A stretch of DNA of 63,954 nucleotides, the filler included, from Octopus bimaculoides (Eukaryota): the NCBI RefSeq assembly GCF_001194135.2. It is 5 parts of 4 records of this genome, joined end to end, with 100 filler letters (N's around TTAATTAATTAA, not from the genome) between each part and the next. Parts side by side here need not be neighbours in the genome. Positions count along the whole stretch, not along the records: positions 31,598 to 54,212 come from NC_068986.1; positions 54,313 to 59,964 come from NC_068989.1; positions 60,065 to 62,853 come from NC_068995.1; positions 62,954 to 63,954 come from NW_026374412.1; 1 more part is not named here. One strand, given 5' to 3'. A program made the translations under genes and the position numbers. The notes under the pieces were generated by a model. That model was not told the DNA's origin and did no database searches. It was given only the letters and a program-made list of their open reading frames with translations. This document shows positions 51,296-63,309 of the stretch, piece by piece; position 1 is the first letter of the stretch, and the number at the start of each line of letters is the position of its first letter.

Positions 51296-51478
51296 TGTTG
51301 TGTGGACGCTCCCAGGTGATCAGTAGTCTAGTCCAATACGTATAAATAGCTACACGAAAAGCGTCGAGAGAGCGGAAGAGCGGGACGGGGCCGTCGGTAG
51401 ACTAGACGTCGAGTTCGGTAGAGTCGAGTCGTCGGAAGTGAGAGTTGAGTAGAGGTCATCCGCACGTGCGATATAACA
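51296..51478 (+). mobile_element. Short solo-LTR/TRIM-like element, copy 2
   Basis: TGTTGTGT...ATATAACA; perfect TSD CATGG; CCAAT at 51333 and TATAAATA at 51341. Confidence 0.82.
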
Positions 51479-51499
51479 CATGGCAGTCCCCGCACAGCA

Positions 51500-51602
51500 C
51501 TAGATCTACGTGAAGTTAAGTGCCTTGCTCAAGAACACAAGACGTCGCTCAGTCTGGGAGTTGAACCCCGTGGGCGCAACACCCTAAACACTAGGCTACG
51601 CG
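51500..51602 (-). mobile_element. SINE family C-like head fragment
   Basis: Minus strand TTGTGTTCTTGAGCAAGGCACTTAACTTCAC. Confidence 0.6.
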
Positions 51603-53575
51603 CCTTCACAAGCCCCCAAGTATAAAAAGAAAAAGTCGACTTGGCTGGAATTCGAACTCAGATCTTAAAAGAAACAGCGTCCCCATTTAACTTGACTCCT
51701 TGTAAAGGACTTAACAACTGCTGTTATTTTTCACTGGTTCAGCTTCTTTTCTTTCGAAGCACGTGTTCCAANNNNNNNNNNNNNNNNNNNNNNNNNNNNN
51801 NNNNNNNNNNNNNNNNNNNNNNNNNNNNNNNNNNNNNNNNNNNNNNNNNNNNNNNNNNNNNNNNNNNNNNNNNNNNNNNNNNNNNNNNNNNNNNNNNNNN
51901 NNNNNNNNNNNNNNNNNNNNNNNNNNNNNNNNNNNNNNNNNNNNNNNNNNNNNNNNNNNNNNNNNNNNNNNNNNNNNNNNNNNNNNNNNNNNNNNNNNNN
52001 NNNNNNNNNNNNNNNNNNNNNNNNNNNNNNNNNNNNNNNNNNNNNNNNNNNNNNNNNNNNNNNNNNNNNNNNNNNNNNNNNNNNNNNNNNNNNNNNNNNN
52101 NNNNNNNNNNNNNNNNNNNNNNNNNNNNNNNNNNNNNNNNNNNNNNNNNNNNNNNNNNNNNNNNNNNNNNNNNNNNNNNNNNNNNNNNNNNNNNNNNNNN
52201 NNNNNNNNNNNNNNNNNNNNNNNNNNNNNNNNNNNNNNNNNNNNNNNNNNNNNNNNNNNNNNNNNNNNNNNNNNNNNNNNNNNNNNNNNNNNNNNNNNNN
52301 NNNNNNNNNNNNNNNNNNNNNNNNNNNNNNNNNNNNNNNNNNNNNNNNNNNNNNNNNNNNNNNNNNNNNNNNNNNNNNNNNNNNNNNNNNNNNNNNNNNN
52401 NNNNNNNNNNNNNNNNNNNNNNNNNNNNNNNNNNNNNNNNNNNNNNNNNNNNNNNNNNNNNNNNNNNNNNNNNNNNNNNNNNNNNNNNNNNNNNNNNNNN
52501 NNNNNNNNNNNNNNNNNNNNNNNNNNNNNNNNNNNNNNNNNNNNNNNNNNNNNNNNNNNNNNNNNNNNNNNNNNNNNNNNNNNNNNNNNNNNNNNNNNNN
52601 NNNNNNNNNNNNNNNNNNNNNNNNNNNNNNNNNNNNNNNNNNNNNNNNNNNNNNNNNNNNNNNNNNNNNNNNNNNNNNNNNNNNNNNNNNNNNNNNNATA
52701 TATCACATACATACATACATATAACTGACGCGGGTTCTCTAAATTCAATTTGTTAGTGACACAGTGAGGATCTGTAAGACATTCCAAAGATTCTCCTTCA
52801 GAAGTTCTTTAGGTGAACAGATGCACACCCAAACGTGTGTACATCGACAGTTCAACCAACACACCAACTCAACCACAGAGTTACAAACACCGGGAACTCT
52901 CTTAACTCAAAAACTCTTGTCGCCTTGTTAGAGACTGGCTTGAACTCTCTCAAGAAGAACTTAAATAAAACTCAGAGAAAAATCGTATATATTTATTGTG
53001 TTGTGTGTGAGTGAGAGAGAGAGGGGGAGAGAGAGAAGAAAGAGAAGAGAGAGAGATATATATAACACATTGGAGTCCCAGACGATAATACAAGCAGACG
53101 ATAAGTTATTGGTCTTAGTCCTTTAGTGATGGTTGTCCTGGCGTTAAACAACAACAGGAAAAACAGCAGCAGCCTCAGTTGACATCCCTGAACAACAAGA
53201 TCAATCATTTAAACAGTGATAAACAATATTAGACTGTAAACGATTGATTATATCGATTTATACAGATCGATATCTTCATTAACGAAGGCACATATATTTT
53301 TGTTTTTTCCTATAGTTGTTGTTTGTATTCGTGTGTTTGTTTCTGTTTTTGTTGTTATTGCTATTTAACACCGAGTCAGGTCCGACTGAGCAGGTCTAAA
53401 ACCCTACCAGTTATGACTACCTCCACTGGTTAAGGACATCTAGGACTACATACATTCAAGGCAGATTTTGAGAATGTGCTTCTATTTCTAGCACAATTGA
53501 ACGACCGGGTGAAGGTTTTTTCCTAAATTTACCTTGTTTTTTTTTAAATTGCTGTTGTTGTTGTTGTTACTGTTG

Positions 53576-53607
<32 letters not shown>

Positions 53608-53842
53608 GGTGGTGGTGTCGATATTGGTGGCGGTGGTGATGGTGGGATCAGTGGTGGATTGTGTTGGACATTTATCATTTGATTTCATCTTACTCTGTTT
53701 CCCCACCATCTCACCATCCTTTCCTCCTCTCTCTCTCTCTCTCTCTCTCCCTCTCACTTCCCAATCATCATTTGTGTTGATCGGTATTATTGATTTCAAT
53801 CTTATTCCCACTCCTCCGCCCCTTTCACCTCTTCCTCTTCAG

Positions 53843-53882
<40 letters not shown>

Positions 53883-53944
53883 TCTCCCTCCCACACAACT
53901 AATGTTCTAATCAACCCTTACTACAGCTCCAGCAATTTGGCCTC

Positions 53945-53991
<47 letters not shown>

Positions 53992-54212
53992 ATGAATCAA
54001 TAATTACATGCACAGACAGACAACGAGTCAATATATTCATACACATGCACACACAAGCATTAGCTAATACATACATGCGCGCGCGCACGCACTCGCACAC
54101 GCATACACACACAGAGTGTAATCAATTTAGAAATAGATATATCGACACACTCATTAGCAGAGCAATCAATATACACACATACAGTATATATACATATATA
54201 CATACAATACAT

Positions 54213-54312
54213 NNNNNNNNNNNNNNNNNNNNNNNNNNNNNNNNNNNNNNNNNNNNTTAATTAATTAANNNNNNNNNNNNNNNNNNNNNNNNNNNNNNNN
54301 NNNNNNNNNNNN
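54213..54312. other. Artificial scaffold linker
   Basis: 44 N + TTAATTAATTAA + 44 N. Confidence 0.97.
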
Positions 54313-54344
54313 GAGACAGACACACACATATATATGTATATGTA

Positions 54345-54510
54345 TATACGACGAGCTTCTTTCTGTTTCCGTCTACCAAATCCACTCACAAAGCTTTGGT
54401 CGGCCCGAGGCTATAGTAGAAGACACTTCCAAGGTGCCACGCAGTTAGAATGAACCCAGAACCATGTGGCTGGTAAGCAAGCTACTTACCACATAGCCAC
54501 TCCTGTGCCT
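54345..54510 (-). mobile_element. SINE family B, head half
   Basis: Matches 18140-18312. Confidence 0.9.
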
Positions 54511-55544
54511 ATTAAACAATATTATTCTCCGTAAGTTTATTTTATATTTAATTACATAATTTATACTTGAAAAGCATTAAAATACATTTTAGCAACATTA
54601 TCGCTTTTATTTCGAAAACTGAATTATCGTTCGAATTAATTGCATTTTGTTTCTGATTGTGTTTTCTAATGTTTACCGCCGATTAGTTCTAAAGCCAACA
54701 TCTCACCCTTGAATCGTGATGTTAACACAAGATAGTTTATAGTGCAGGGGAAAATACTCTTAAATATAAATTTAAAACTTCCAGGGAGGCAACTCAAACT
54801 ATTTTGTAAATTTTTTTCACAAATGTATTTTGGTGATGGCCTAAAATAGCTTCGAAACAAAGGCGTTTTTAAATTAATATGCTGTTTATGTTGTGTTATC
54901 TTAGATCGAACATGATCTTACGGATATGGAATCTAAAATCTCTGTCATAATCACATATCTACTTTACAACAAGGCGACAAATTGGAATCAGAGTTAATAG
55001 AGTTAGATCTAATGCTTCGGGGTGTCTATTCCGAGTTTGCGCTCGCCGAGGCCAATTTTGTCTTACATCCTTTCGGGATATAAAATAAATAAATAAATAA
55101 ATAAATGTGGCTGTAAGATAAGAAATATGTTTTAGAGTCTGTCCCAATGCACGGCATCTTGCGTAAGTGTTTCCAAATATAGCCTCGAGCCGACGAAAGT
55201 CTGGCAAGTGGATTTAACAGAAGGAAACTGAAAGACGCTAGAGTCGCGCGCGCGCGCGTACCTACCACACCGCTTGACAACGGGTGCTGATTTGTTTCCG
55301 TCTCCATAATGTAGCAGTTCGGCTAAGTAACCGACAGAATAAGTACCAGGCTTTAAAAAACAAGTAATGTGGTCGATGTGCGATGATGATCTTCAACAAA
55401 TACACAGAAACCCACAAGCGCTACTATGGTGACCGCAAATATACGAGCTCGCGGCAAGCATAATAATATTCAGAATAAGGATGCACCAAGCACTTCATCC
55501 TTTTTACTATGATCCCGTTTTGAAATTTCAATATTTCTCTACAG

Positions 55545-55604
55545 GTTCTTCGAACACTCTCGTACCGCGAATTATCGTAGCGTGAGCATGAAGAAATGCT
55601 TGTT
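55545..55604 (+). CDS. Candidate 60-nt internal coding exon (phase 2-2), product unknown
   Basis: ATTTCTCTACAG|G acceptor, TT|GTAAGT donor; only open frame FFEHSRTANYRSVSMKKCL. Confidence 0.35.
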
Positions 55605-55889
55605 GTAAGTCTATATACATCGTTTATTACTACATTAGTACATAAGGTCATGGCCGGATTAAGATCCTTAGAGTCCCTAAGCACTTAAAAATTTGGTGCC
55701 CCCCATACAATTGTTATGGAAAAATAAACAATAATAAACCTGAAAATAACACATTTATTTTATCGGAAATTCAAAATTATATAAAATTATCTATATGTAA
55801 ATGGATGATAATATTTATATCTAATGGTTAAATAATTTTTTTCTTATTTTTCTGATCTTTGGTCAGATCTTCATAATCTTCAACACATC

Positions 55890-56028
55890 TGCTTCTATTC
55901 TTTTCATCCTTTCGGGGTCGATTAAATAAATACCAGTTACGCACTGGGGTCAATGTAATCGGCTTAATCCCTTTGTCTGTCCTTGTTTGCCCCCTCTATG
56001 TTTAGCCTCCTGTGGGCAATAAAGAAAT
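55890..56028 (+). mobile_element. SINE family A (3' part) inserted in the hAT dimerisation domain
   Basis: Interrupts the reading LSLL / IEAD. Confidence 0.88.
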
Positions 56029-56343
56029 TAATTATTAATAGAGATAAGGCATCTAGCCTGCCTTGCTGCATAGTTGTCCTGAGAGGGTCCTTGATATATT
56101 TCCGTCATGAAAATGAATACTGAACTGAACAATTTGTAATCATTAGTGTTAGAAATATACGAAAGGCAATATCTACATTTAGAAAGGCACACTAAATATT
56201 GTTTTCTAATATAATTTTAAGAAGTTCAGCAAGACTGAATCTAGTTTTTCTATTTTCTGTTGCACTGAACTTCTGGGGCACATATAAATGAAACTGCTCA
56301 AGCTCTGCTGAGAAATTACTATTGAAGTCCTCGGGGTAAGTAT

Positions 56344-56772
56344 TGTAGTAACGCCGTGCGCATGCGTAGTCTCACGCATGCGCAAATTTAAACAACCAAG
56401 CGTTCCCGCTCAATTCATTCTCTTTCTTGCTGGCCAGCAATAGAGCATGGACGTGTCAAGAAGTGTCTCCGACATTCCAACCTGGAGACAGTCTCTTTAC
56501 GTGTATAGCTGTCACTTTCTATCTTTCGGACTTACACTCGACAGCTCGCTTACATCTACATAACAACGTCCCAACAACTATGCTCACACACATAGAAGCT
56601 GTAACAACAAGAGCTAAAGATGTAGATATTTACCACCTGAATAAATGTTGTTTAAGTTGATAGTCTGGAGTTCAGCGTTCCAGTTATATTTCTTTAATTT
56701 TATATAGGAAAGTCAGGTATACATCTAATGATGTATAACCAACTTTCCTATAGTATCAACTAGGTGTTAACA
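56344..56772 (+). mobile_element. Solo LTR inserted in the hAT transposase
   Basis: TGTAGTAAC...GTTAACA; AATAAA at 56640; near-TSD GTAT/ATAT; removal restores ILNTYPEDFN. Confidence 0.7.
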
Positions 56773-58757
56773 ATATTGAGAATAGTTCTCAGCGTTAGTG
56801 GATGCTGAAGTGGCATTACATGGAAAAGAAAAGAAAACTTTTCTACTATTTTTATTTGGAAATCTCCTCTTTTCTCTAACATTCAGATATACTCATGGTG
56901 ATTCTTTTCCATTCTGATACGCTTGCAAGTTGCAGTTGCCTTGTAAGCAGTATCTGGTAACATTTCCTTGGCATCTATTTCATATTTTTCAAATCCATCT
57001 CGTGAGGTGCACAGTTGTTCAGCTAATAATGATACATACAGATCCGCACATGTTTTTAAGTTCACATCCTCATTTTGTAGAACTTTACTTACTCTGTAAA
57101 AATTCTGCAAAATCTCATTCCAAAAATTCAACATGATAACGAATTCTAGCTCTTGCGTCTTGTCTGCAATATTATTTACCTCTCTTCTAGCCTCTACCTT
57201 TTGTGACTGATCTTCAGCTATATATTCTAATGCATCTTTTATGTGTATAACAGGTCGGACACCAGTTTTTTATGTTGGTTTGTTTGTTATCACAACAGGT
57301 CGTTGAAGTGTGAGATATACTATATCTTTATTTACAATGCTTTCATTCGTAATTATAACAAATATTATTGTTTATTTAATTAAAAACTATAATGATAATC
57401 TCGTTACTTATAACTAAATTATAAGTATTTATCACTAAGCATAACTCTTAGTTTATTTTAGGCTGCGTAAATGTTATAATGTATACATGACAAGACGCTG
57501 AATGTGCGTTCATTACGTGCATGTATGTTGAAGATTTAGATTATATTTTCTTGACCGTTACACATAAAAAAAATAGTTATATTAATATACAGAAATAAAT
57601 TCAACAAGTTGAAAGAAACGAGAAGTAAAAGGAATTAAGTTTCTACATTAATTTATTATATACATATTTTTACATTTATAGAAATTTAGAAACAAAGCAT
57701 TTCATCGTAGAGAATTTACGACTTAAATTTATTATTAACTAGTTTCTCATTCTAACTAATAAGGTTTCACGACAATTCAATATTGTCGAATTTGAGTATT
57801 GAACATGGCATATATATTAGCCTATANNNNNNNNNNNNNNNNNNNNNNNNNNNNNNNNNNNNNNNNNNNNNNNNNNNNNNNNNNNNNNNNNNNNNNNNNN
57901 NNNNNNNNNNNNNNNNNNNNNNNNNNNNNNNNNNNNNNNNNNNNNNNNNNNNNNNNNNNNNNNNNNNNNNNNNNNNNNNNNNNNNNNNNNNNNNNNNNNN
58001 NNNNNNNNNNNNNNNNNNNNNNNNNNNNNNNNNNNNNNNNNNNNNNNNNNNNNNNNNNNNNNNNNNNNNNNNNNNNNNNNNNNNNNNNNNNNNNNNNNNN
58101 NNNNNNNNNNNNNNNNNNNNNNNNNNNNNNNNNNNNNNNNNNNNNNNNNNNNNNNNNNNNNNNNNNNNNNNNNNNNNNNNNNNNNNNNNNNNNNNNNNNN
58201 NNNNNNNNNNNNNNNNNNNNNNNNNNNNNNNNNNNNNNNNNNNNNNNNNNNNNNNNNNNNNNNNNNNNNNNNNNNNNNNNNNNNNNNNNNNNNNNNNNNN
58301 NNNNNNNNNNNNNNNNNNNNNNNNNNNNNNNNNNNNNNNNNNNNNNNNNNNNNNNNNNNNNNNNNNNNNNNNNNNNNNNNNNNNNNNNNNNNNNNNNNNN
58401 NNNNNNNNNNNNNNNNNNNNNNNNNNNNNNNNNNNNNNNNNNNNNNNNNNNNNNNNNNNNNNNNNNNNNNNNNNNNNNNNNNNNNNNNNNNNNNNNNNNN
58501 NNNNNNNNNNNNNNNNNNNNNNNNNNNNNNNNNNNNNNNNNNNNNNNNNNNNNNNNNNNNNNNNNNNNNNNNNNNNNNNNNNNNNNNNNNNNNNNNNNNN
58601 NNNNNNNNNNNNNNNNNNNNNNNNNNNNNNNNNNNNNNNNNNNNNNNNNNNNNNNNNNNNNNNNNNNNNNNNNNNNNNNNNNNNNNNNNNNNNNNNNNNN
58701 NNNNNNNNNNNNNNNNNNNNNNNNNNNNNNNNNNNNNNNNNNNNNNNNNNNNNNNNN

Positions 58758-59964
58758 AATCACTAACATCTCCATTAAAAGAATTGTTTTCTTCAAACAT
58801 TTGACCAGGTAGAGTTAATGTTGTTCCATATAAGAGTTCAGTAGGAGAATATTGTATATTTTCTTTAACAGCACTTCTGATTCCTAACAATACCACTGGT
58901 AAAGCTTCTAACCAACTGCTAGAATCAGAATAAGTTCTTAATGAAGATTTTAGTTGTCTATGAAATCTCTCTATCATGCCGTTAGACTGTGGATGATACG
59001 AAGTCGTATGAATTCTTTTAATTCCCAACAATTTATTGAATTCTGCGAAAAGGGTAGATTCAAATTGTCTACCACGTTCGGTTGTTATTTTATCCGGGAC
59101 ACCGAATCTCGATACCCAGTTACTAAACAAGGTTTTTACTATAGTTTTTGCAGAAATATCTTTGATGGGATAAGCTTCTGGCCATCTCGAGAAACGATCT
59201 ATACATGTTATCTTCACATGGAGTTAATGGTCCAACTATATCAATGTGGATTTGTTGGAATCTCGCATCTGGATTTGCAAATGTACCTAATGGTGCTTTG
59301 ATATGACGATGTACTTTGGATTTTTGACACTGCATACATGACTTGACCCAGGAACTAATATCCTTATTCATACCAGGCCAAACAAATCGACTTGATATTA
59401 ATTTCATTGAAGCTCCAATACCTGGATGAGATAAATTATGTAAGGTAGAAAAACAGCTTTTCTATGCTTTTCAGGCACAAATGGTCTCGAAAAACCTGTA
59501 GAAACATCACACCAAATATGTGATTTACATGAATGGATCGACAATAGTTTAAATTCCAAAGAAGTGGAACTAGAATTTTTATATAAAGAAAATTCTTTAT
59601 CTTCAATTTGATCCTTAGACATTTCTTCCAAATTTATATTGTTTAATCAATTTAATGCATCTACGTTCATTCTAAAAAGTGCATCTGCTGCAGAATTTTC
59701 AACACTCTTGATATACCGTATATCCACAGTAAACTGTGAAATAAAATCAAGGTGTCTAATTTCTCTAGGAGAATATTTCTCCGAAGAACTTTTGAATGCA
59801 TATGTTAATGGTTTATGGTCAGAAATAATGTAAATGACCTACCTTCAAGAAGATGTCTGAAGTATTTAATTGACAAATAAGCTGCCAACAATTCTCTGCC
59901 GAATACGCTGTATTTCGTTTCTGGTGCCTTCAATTTTTTTTGAAAAGAAAGATAGTGGTTGCCA
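58758..59964 (-). pseudogene. Ty3/Gypsy pol remnant: RNase H, H2C2 zinc finger and integrase core
   Basis: QPLSFFSKKL..YSVFGRELLAAY..DHKPL..ADAL; FVWPGMNKDI..CMQCQKSK; [16 protein letters not shown] (D to E), NGMIERFHR; RH-before-IN order; frameshifts. Confidence 0.95.
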
Positions 59965-60064
59965 NNNNNNNNNNNNNNNNNNNNNNNNNNNNNNNNNNNN
60001 NNNNNNNNTTAATTAATTAANNNNNNNNNNNNNNNNNNNNNNNNNNNNNNNNNNNNNNNNNNNN
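59965..60064. other. Artificial scaffold linker
   Basis: 44 N + TTAATTAATTAA + 44 N. Confidence 0.97.
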
Positions 60065-60189
60065 AATACACGACTTATAATCCCCAATCCTGTTCATACA
60101 ACGACTGGGGCAAAACTAGTCGGTATACAGCACTTACTCGGTATTACCTGTATCCTCTTGGGTTTGGTTAAATCCAATACCCTCCTCAA

Positions 60190-60264
<75 letters not shown>

Positions 60265-60269
<5 letters not shown>

Positions 60270-60470
60270 GCCCCACCACCGCTTCAGAACCAGTGCTGGT
60301 GTGTTTACGTTCCTGTAACTTAGTGGTTCGGCAAACCGTGACCAATAGAATAAGCACCAGGCTTTAAAAAAATAAGAGATCCTGGGGTCGATTTGTTCGA
60401 CTAAAAGCCTTCAATGCAGTGCTCCAGTATGGCCGCAGTCAGATGACTGAAACAAGTAAAAGTTAAAAGT
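60265..60470 (+). mobile_element. SINE family B, tail half
   Basis: Matches 17010-17209. Confidence 0.85.
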
Positions 60471-60669
60471 AACATTTTCACTTCTAAAACTGTTACCAAA
60501 GATACTTATGGTATGGAACCATACACTGCAATAGTAAATATTAAAAACAAATATAGAAACAAAATCAAAACACGACTAAATGTAAAAAAAGAAAAATTAA
60601 TTTGATTAGTTGATAAAAATATTCTAAATACTCAAAGGATTAGAGATTTATGCAGTAGTGATACGATGA

Positions 60670-61052
60670 AGTAGTTGTATGCTGTCAACTTAATGTGACA
60701 GTCTCCTGAAGGGAATAATACTACTGTTGGTTAGACCTAGGAAGCTGCATCGCTTCCTGTCGGGCTCGGCACATTTCCTGTGTCCTTATGTTTACAAGGA
60801 GGAGACAAGCACCTCCACCCAGCTAAGCCTGCATCCAGAGACATGTTTCTGAGTCTTTGCTACTCCAGACTGATGACATGTCTCTGGATGCAGGCTTAAC
60901 TGGGTGGAGGTGCTTGTCTCCTCCTTGTAAACATAAGGACACAGGAAATGTATCAAAACCGACAGGAAGCGGTGCAGCTTCCTAGGTCTAACCAACAGTA
61001 GTATTATTCCCTTCAGGGGACTGTCACATTAAGTTGACAGCATACAACTACT
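60670..61052. repeat. Near-perfect palindrome, about 177-bp arms, 29-bp spacer
   Basis: AGTAGTTGTATGCTGTC...CAGAGACATGT mirrored by ACATGTCTCTG...GACAGCATACAACTACT. Confidence 0.92.
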
Positions 61053-61129
61053 CAAAGGGGTAGTTTCGAAGATAACTATAGTAACAAGAACAGCACTATA
61101 ATCCATTTCGTAGCTGTATTAATCTTATA

Positions 61130-61520
61130 TTTTTTTTACTTGTTTCGGTTATTTTACTATGACCATGCTGTCGCAGCGCATTGAAAGGTTCTGTCGAACA
61201 AATTGATTCAGTACTTATTCTAAAATCTGGTCCTTATATCGGTTAGTTTTTGCAAAACCATTAGCTTATTGGGACGTAAACAAACCGACACCGGTTGCCA
61301 AGTGATGACTGGGGACAAGCTCAAACGCGTGTGCACATTCACACACATTCACACACTCACACACGGATATATGTCGCGCTTCTTTCAGTTTCCACCCACC
61401 GAATCCCCTCACTTGGCTTTGGTCGGCCCAGTACTGTAGTTGAAGACATTTGCCCAAGGTGCCACTCTGTGGGGATGAGTCCGTGGCTGTATGGCTGGAA
61501 AGCAAGCTTCTCAACTACAA
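61130..61520 (-). mobile_element. SINE family B, degenerate
   Basis: Co-linear similarity to 49079-49562. Confidence 0.75.
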
Positions 61521-61679
61521 GGGAAACTTTCCTTAACACACACTGCATAAACAGACTTTTAAAGTTACAAGAATAACTTTGGTGGAAAAACTAATAAGTA
61601 ATATATTTAGGTTTCCTGGACATCTCGGGAGTTCTCTCGAGAAAATGTTAGTAATACACGAGCAAAATTTACAGAGGAC

Positions 61680-62060
61680 TGAGAGAGGAGGAGGAGGAGG
61701 AATCGGATGGAACCGGCAGGAATCGGGAAGAATCGGGAGAAGGAGGCGAGAAGTAGGTGCCGAGGAGGGGGAAGGGAAGAGGCAAGGAGGTGGAGGAGAG
61801 GAGGAGAAAGTGGGAAGGAGAAGGAGGGGATGGGGAAGGATGAGAGGAGAGTAGGAGCAGTGGAGGAAGAGCGGAGGAGGGGAGAAGGAGAAGTAGGGGA
61901 GGAAGTACGGAGGAGGGGAGAAGGAGGTGGAGTCGGAGAAGAAGAGCAGTGGAGTAGGGGAAGAAGAACGGAGAAGTAGGGAGGATGAGGAGGAAGAGGA
62001 GGAATGAGGGAGTGGTGGAGGAAGAGGAATAAGTAGGAGGAAAACGAGGAGAGAGAGCGT
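61680..62060 (+). repeat. Long purine-rich (GGA/GAA) low-complexity tract
   Basis: Direct reading. Confidence 0.85.
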
Positions 62061-62853
62061 AAAGCAGAATTCTCACTTCCTGCCCCAAACCTCCCAGAAC
62101 TGGTTGTTAAGGTGAAACCAATGCTTCCTCTCCACGAGAATTTCAATAAAATGCTTCCAAGTGAGAGGTGTGAACCATTCCTAACATAAACGGCGAAGAG
62201 AAACAAAGGTTATACGTCCCAGAAATTGGAGCAACAATCTCGAGAGTGTCTCTATGAGGTCATTCAACATGTTAAAAATAACAGCCATTTTTTAAATCTT
62301 AAATCATATCCAACAGTCTTGAACTGGAGAAAGACACATTGAAATATAATATCGCTCTGGATTCAATCTGATTGAATAATAGACGGGACAGTCACGGCTG
62401 GAATGCCTTTGATGGCAGGTTTGTTCAATCAGGTCTGACATGGGAGTTCAAACAGCAACGCAACGACGACGATATTAACAACAACAACAACAACAACAAC
62501 AATAATAGCGTTCAATCATGGCCAAATCACCGATCACCGATCACAGGATTCTTTGATCATCCACTCCCTCTCTATAAGAGGTAGCTGTTGGTCATGTGGA
62601 AGTAAATTGGGTTAGTGAATCACCAACGACCACCACCACCACCACCACCACCACCACTGCCAGCGCTACCACCACAATCGTAAGTACCAGCAGCACCACC
62701 ACCACCACCAATATCACCCCCTCCACTACCACCCCCCTGTGACTACAACCACCACAAACAACAGCACCAAGAAGGAAAAGAAGAATAACAGCAACAATAA
62801 CAATAATAATTATCGTAGTAGTAGTAGTAGTAGTAGTAGCAGCAGCAGTGGTG

Positions 62854-62953
62854 NNNNNNNNNNNNNNNNNNNNNNNNNNNNNNNNNNNNNNNNNNNNTTA
62901 ATTAATTAANNNNNNNNNNNNNNNNNNNNNNNNNNNNNNNNNNNNNNNNNNNN
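62854..62953. other. Artificial scaffold linker
   Basis: 44 N + TTAATTAATTAA + 44 N. Confidence 0.97.
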
Positions 62954-63037
62954 ATTTGAACTCAGAACATAAAGACAGACGAAATACCGCTAAGCATTTC
63001 GCTAGGCGTACTAACCATTCTGCCAGCTCGCCGCCTT
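62954..63037 (-). mobile_element. SINE family A head fragment
   Basis: TTTGAACTCAGAAC...CTGCCAGCTCGCCGCC. Confidence 0.88.
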
Positions 63038-63070
63038 GAACAAACCAGTTATATTGACGCCATCATTATA

Positions 63071-63309
63071 ACGTTTCTTATTTCTTTATTTCCCACAAGG
63101 GGATAAACATAGAGGGGACAAACAAGGACAGACAAAGGGATTAAATCGATTAAAACAACCCCAGTGCGTAACTGGTGCTTAATTTATCGACCCCGAAAGG
63201 GTGAAAGGCAAAGTCAACCTCGGCGGAATTTGAACTCAGAACGTAACGGCAGACGAAATACCGCTTAGCATTTCGCCCGGCGTGCTAACGTTTCTGCCAG
63301 CTCGTCGCC
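63071..63309 (-). mobile_element. SINE family A, full length, tail type 2
   Basis: A-box-like TGGCAGAAACGTTAG, B-box GAGTTCAAATTCC, tail ...GAAATAAGAAACGT. Confidence 0.95.

Larger units (their letters stand above)
55649..57250 (-). mobile_element. Decayed hAT DNA transposon (Tip100-like TIR) with transposase remnant
   Basis: TIR-like CATGGCCGGATTAAG at 55649; peptides DALEYIAEDQ..LEFVIMLNFWNEILQ and dimerisation domain FLNVDIAFRIFLTLMITNCS..YSFS*RKYIKDPLRTTMQQGRLDALSLL..IEAD with stops. Confidence 0.85.

Noticed and set aside
56344-56772. 3' LTR of the Gypsy pol at 58.8-60 kb
   Set aside because: Opposite apparent orientation, hAT sequence on both sides, and its own near-TSD
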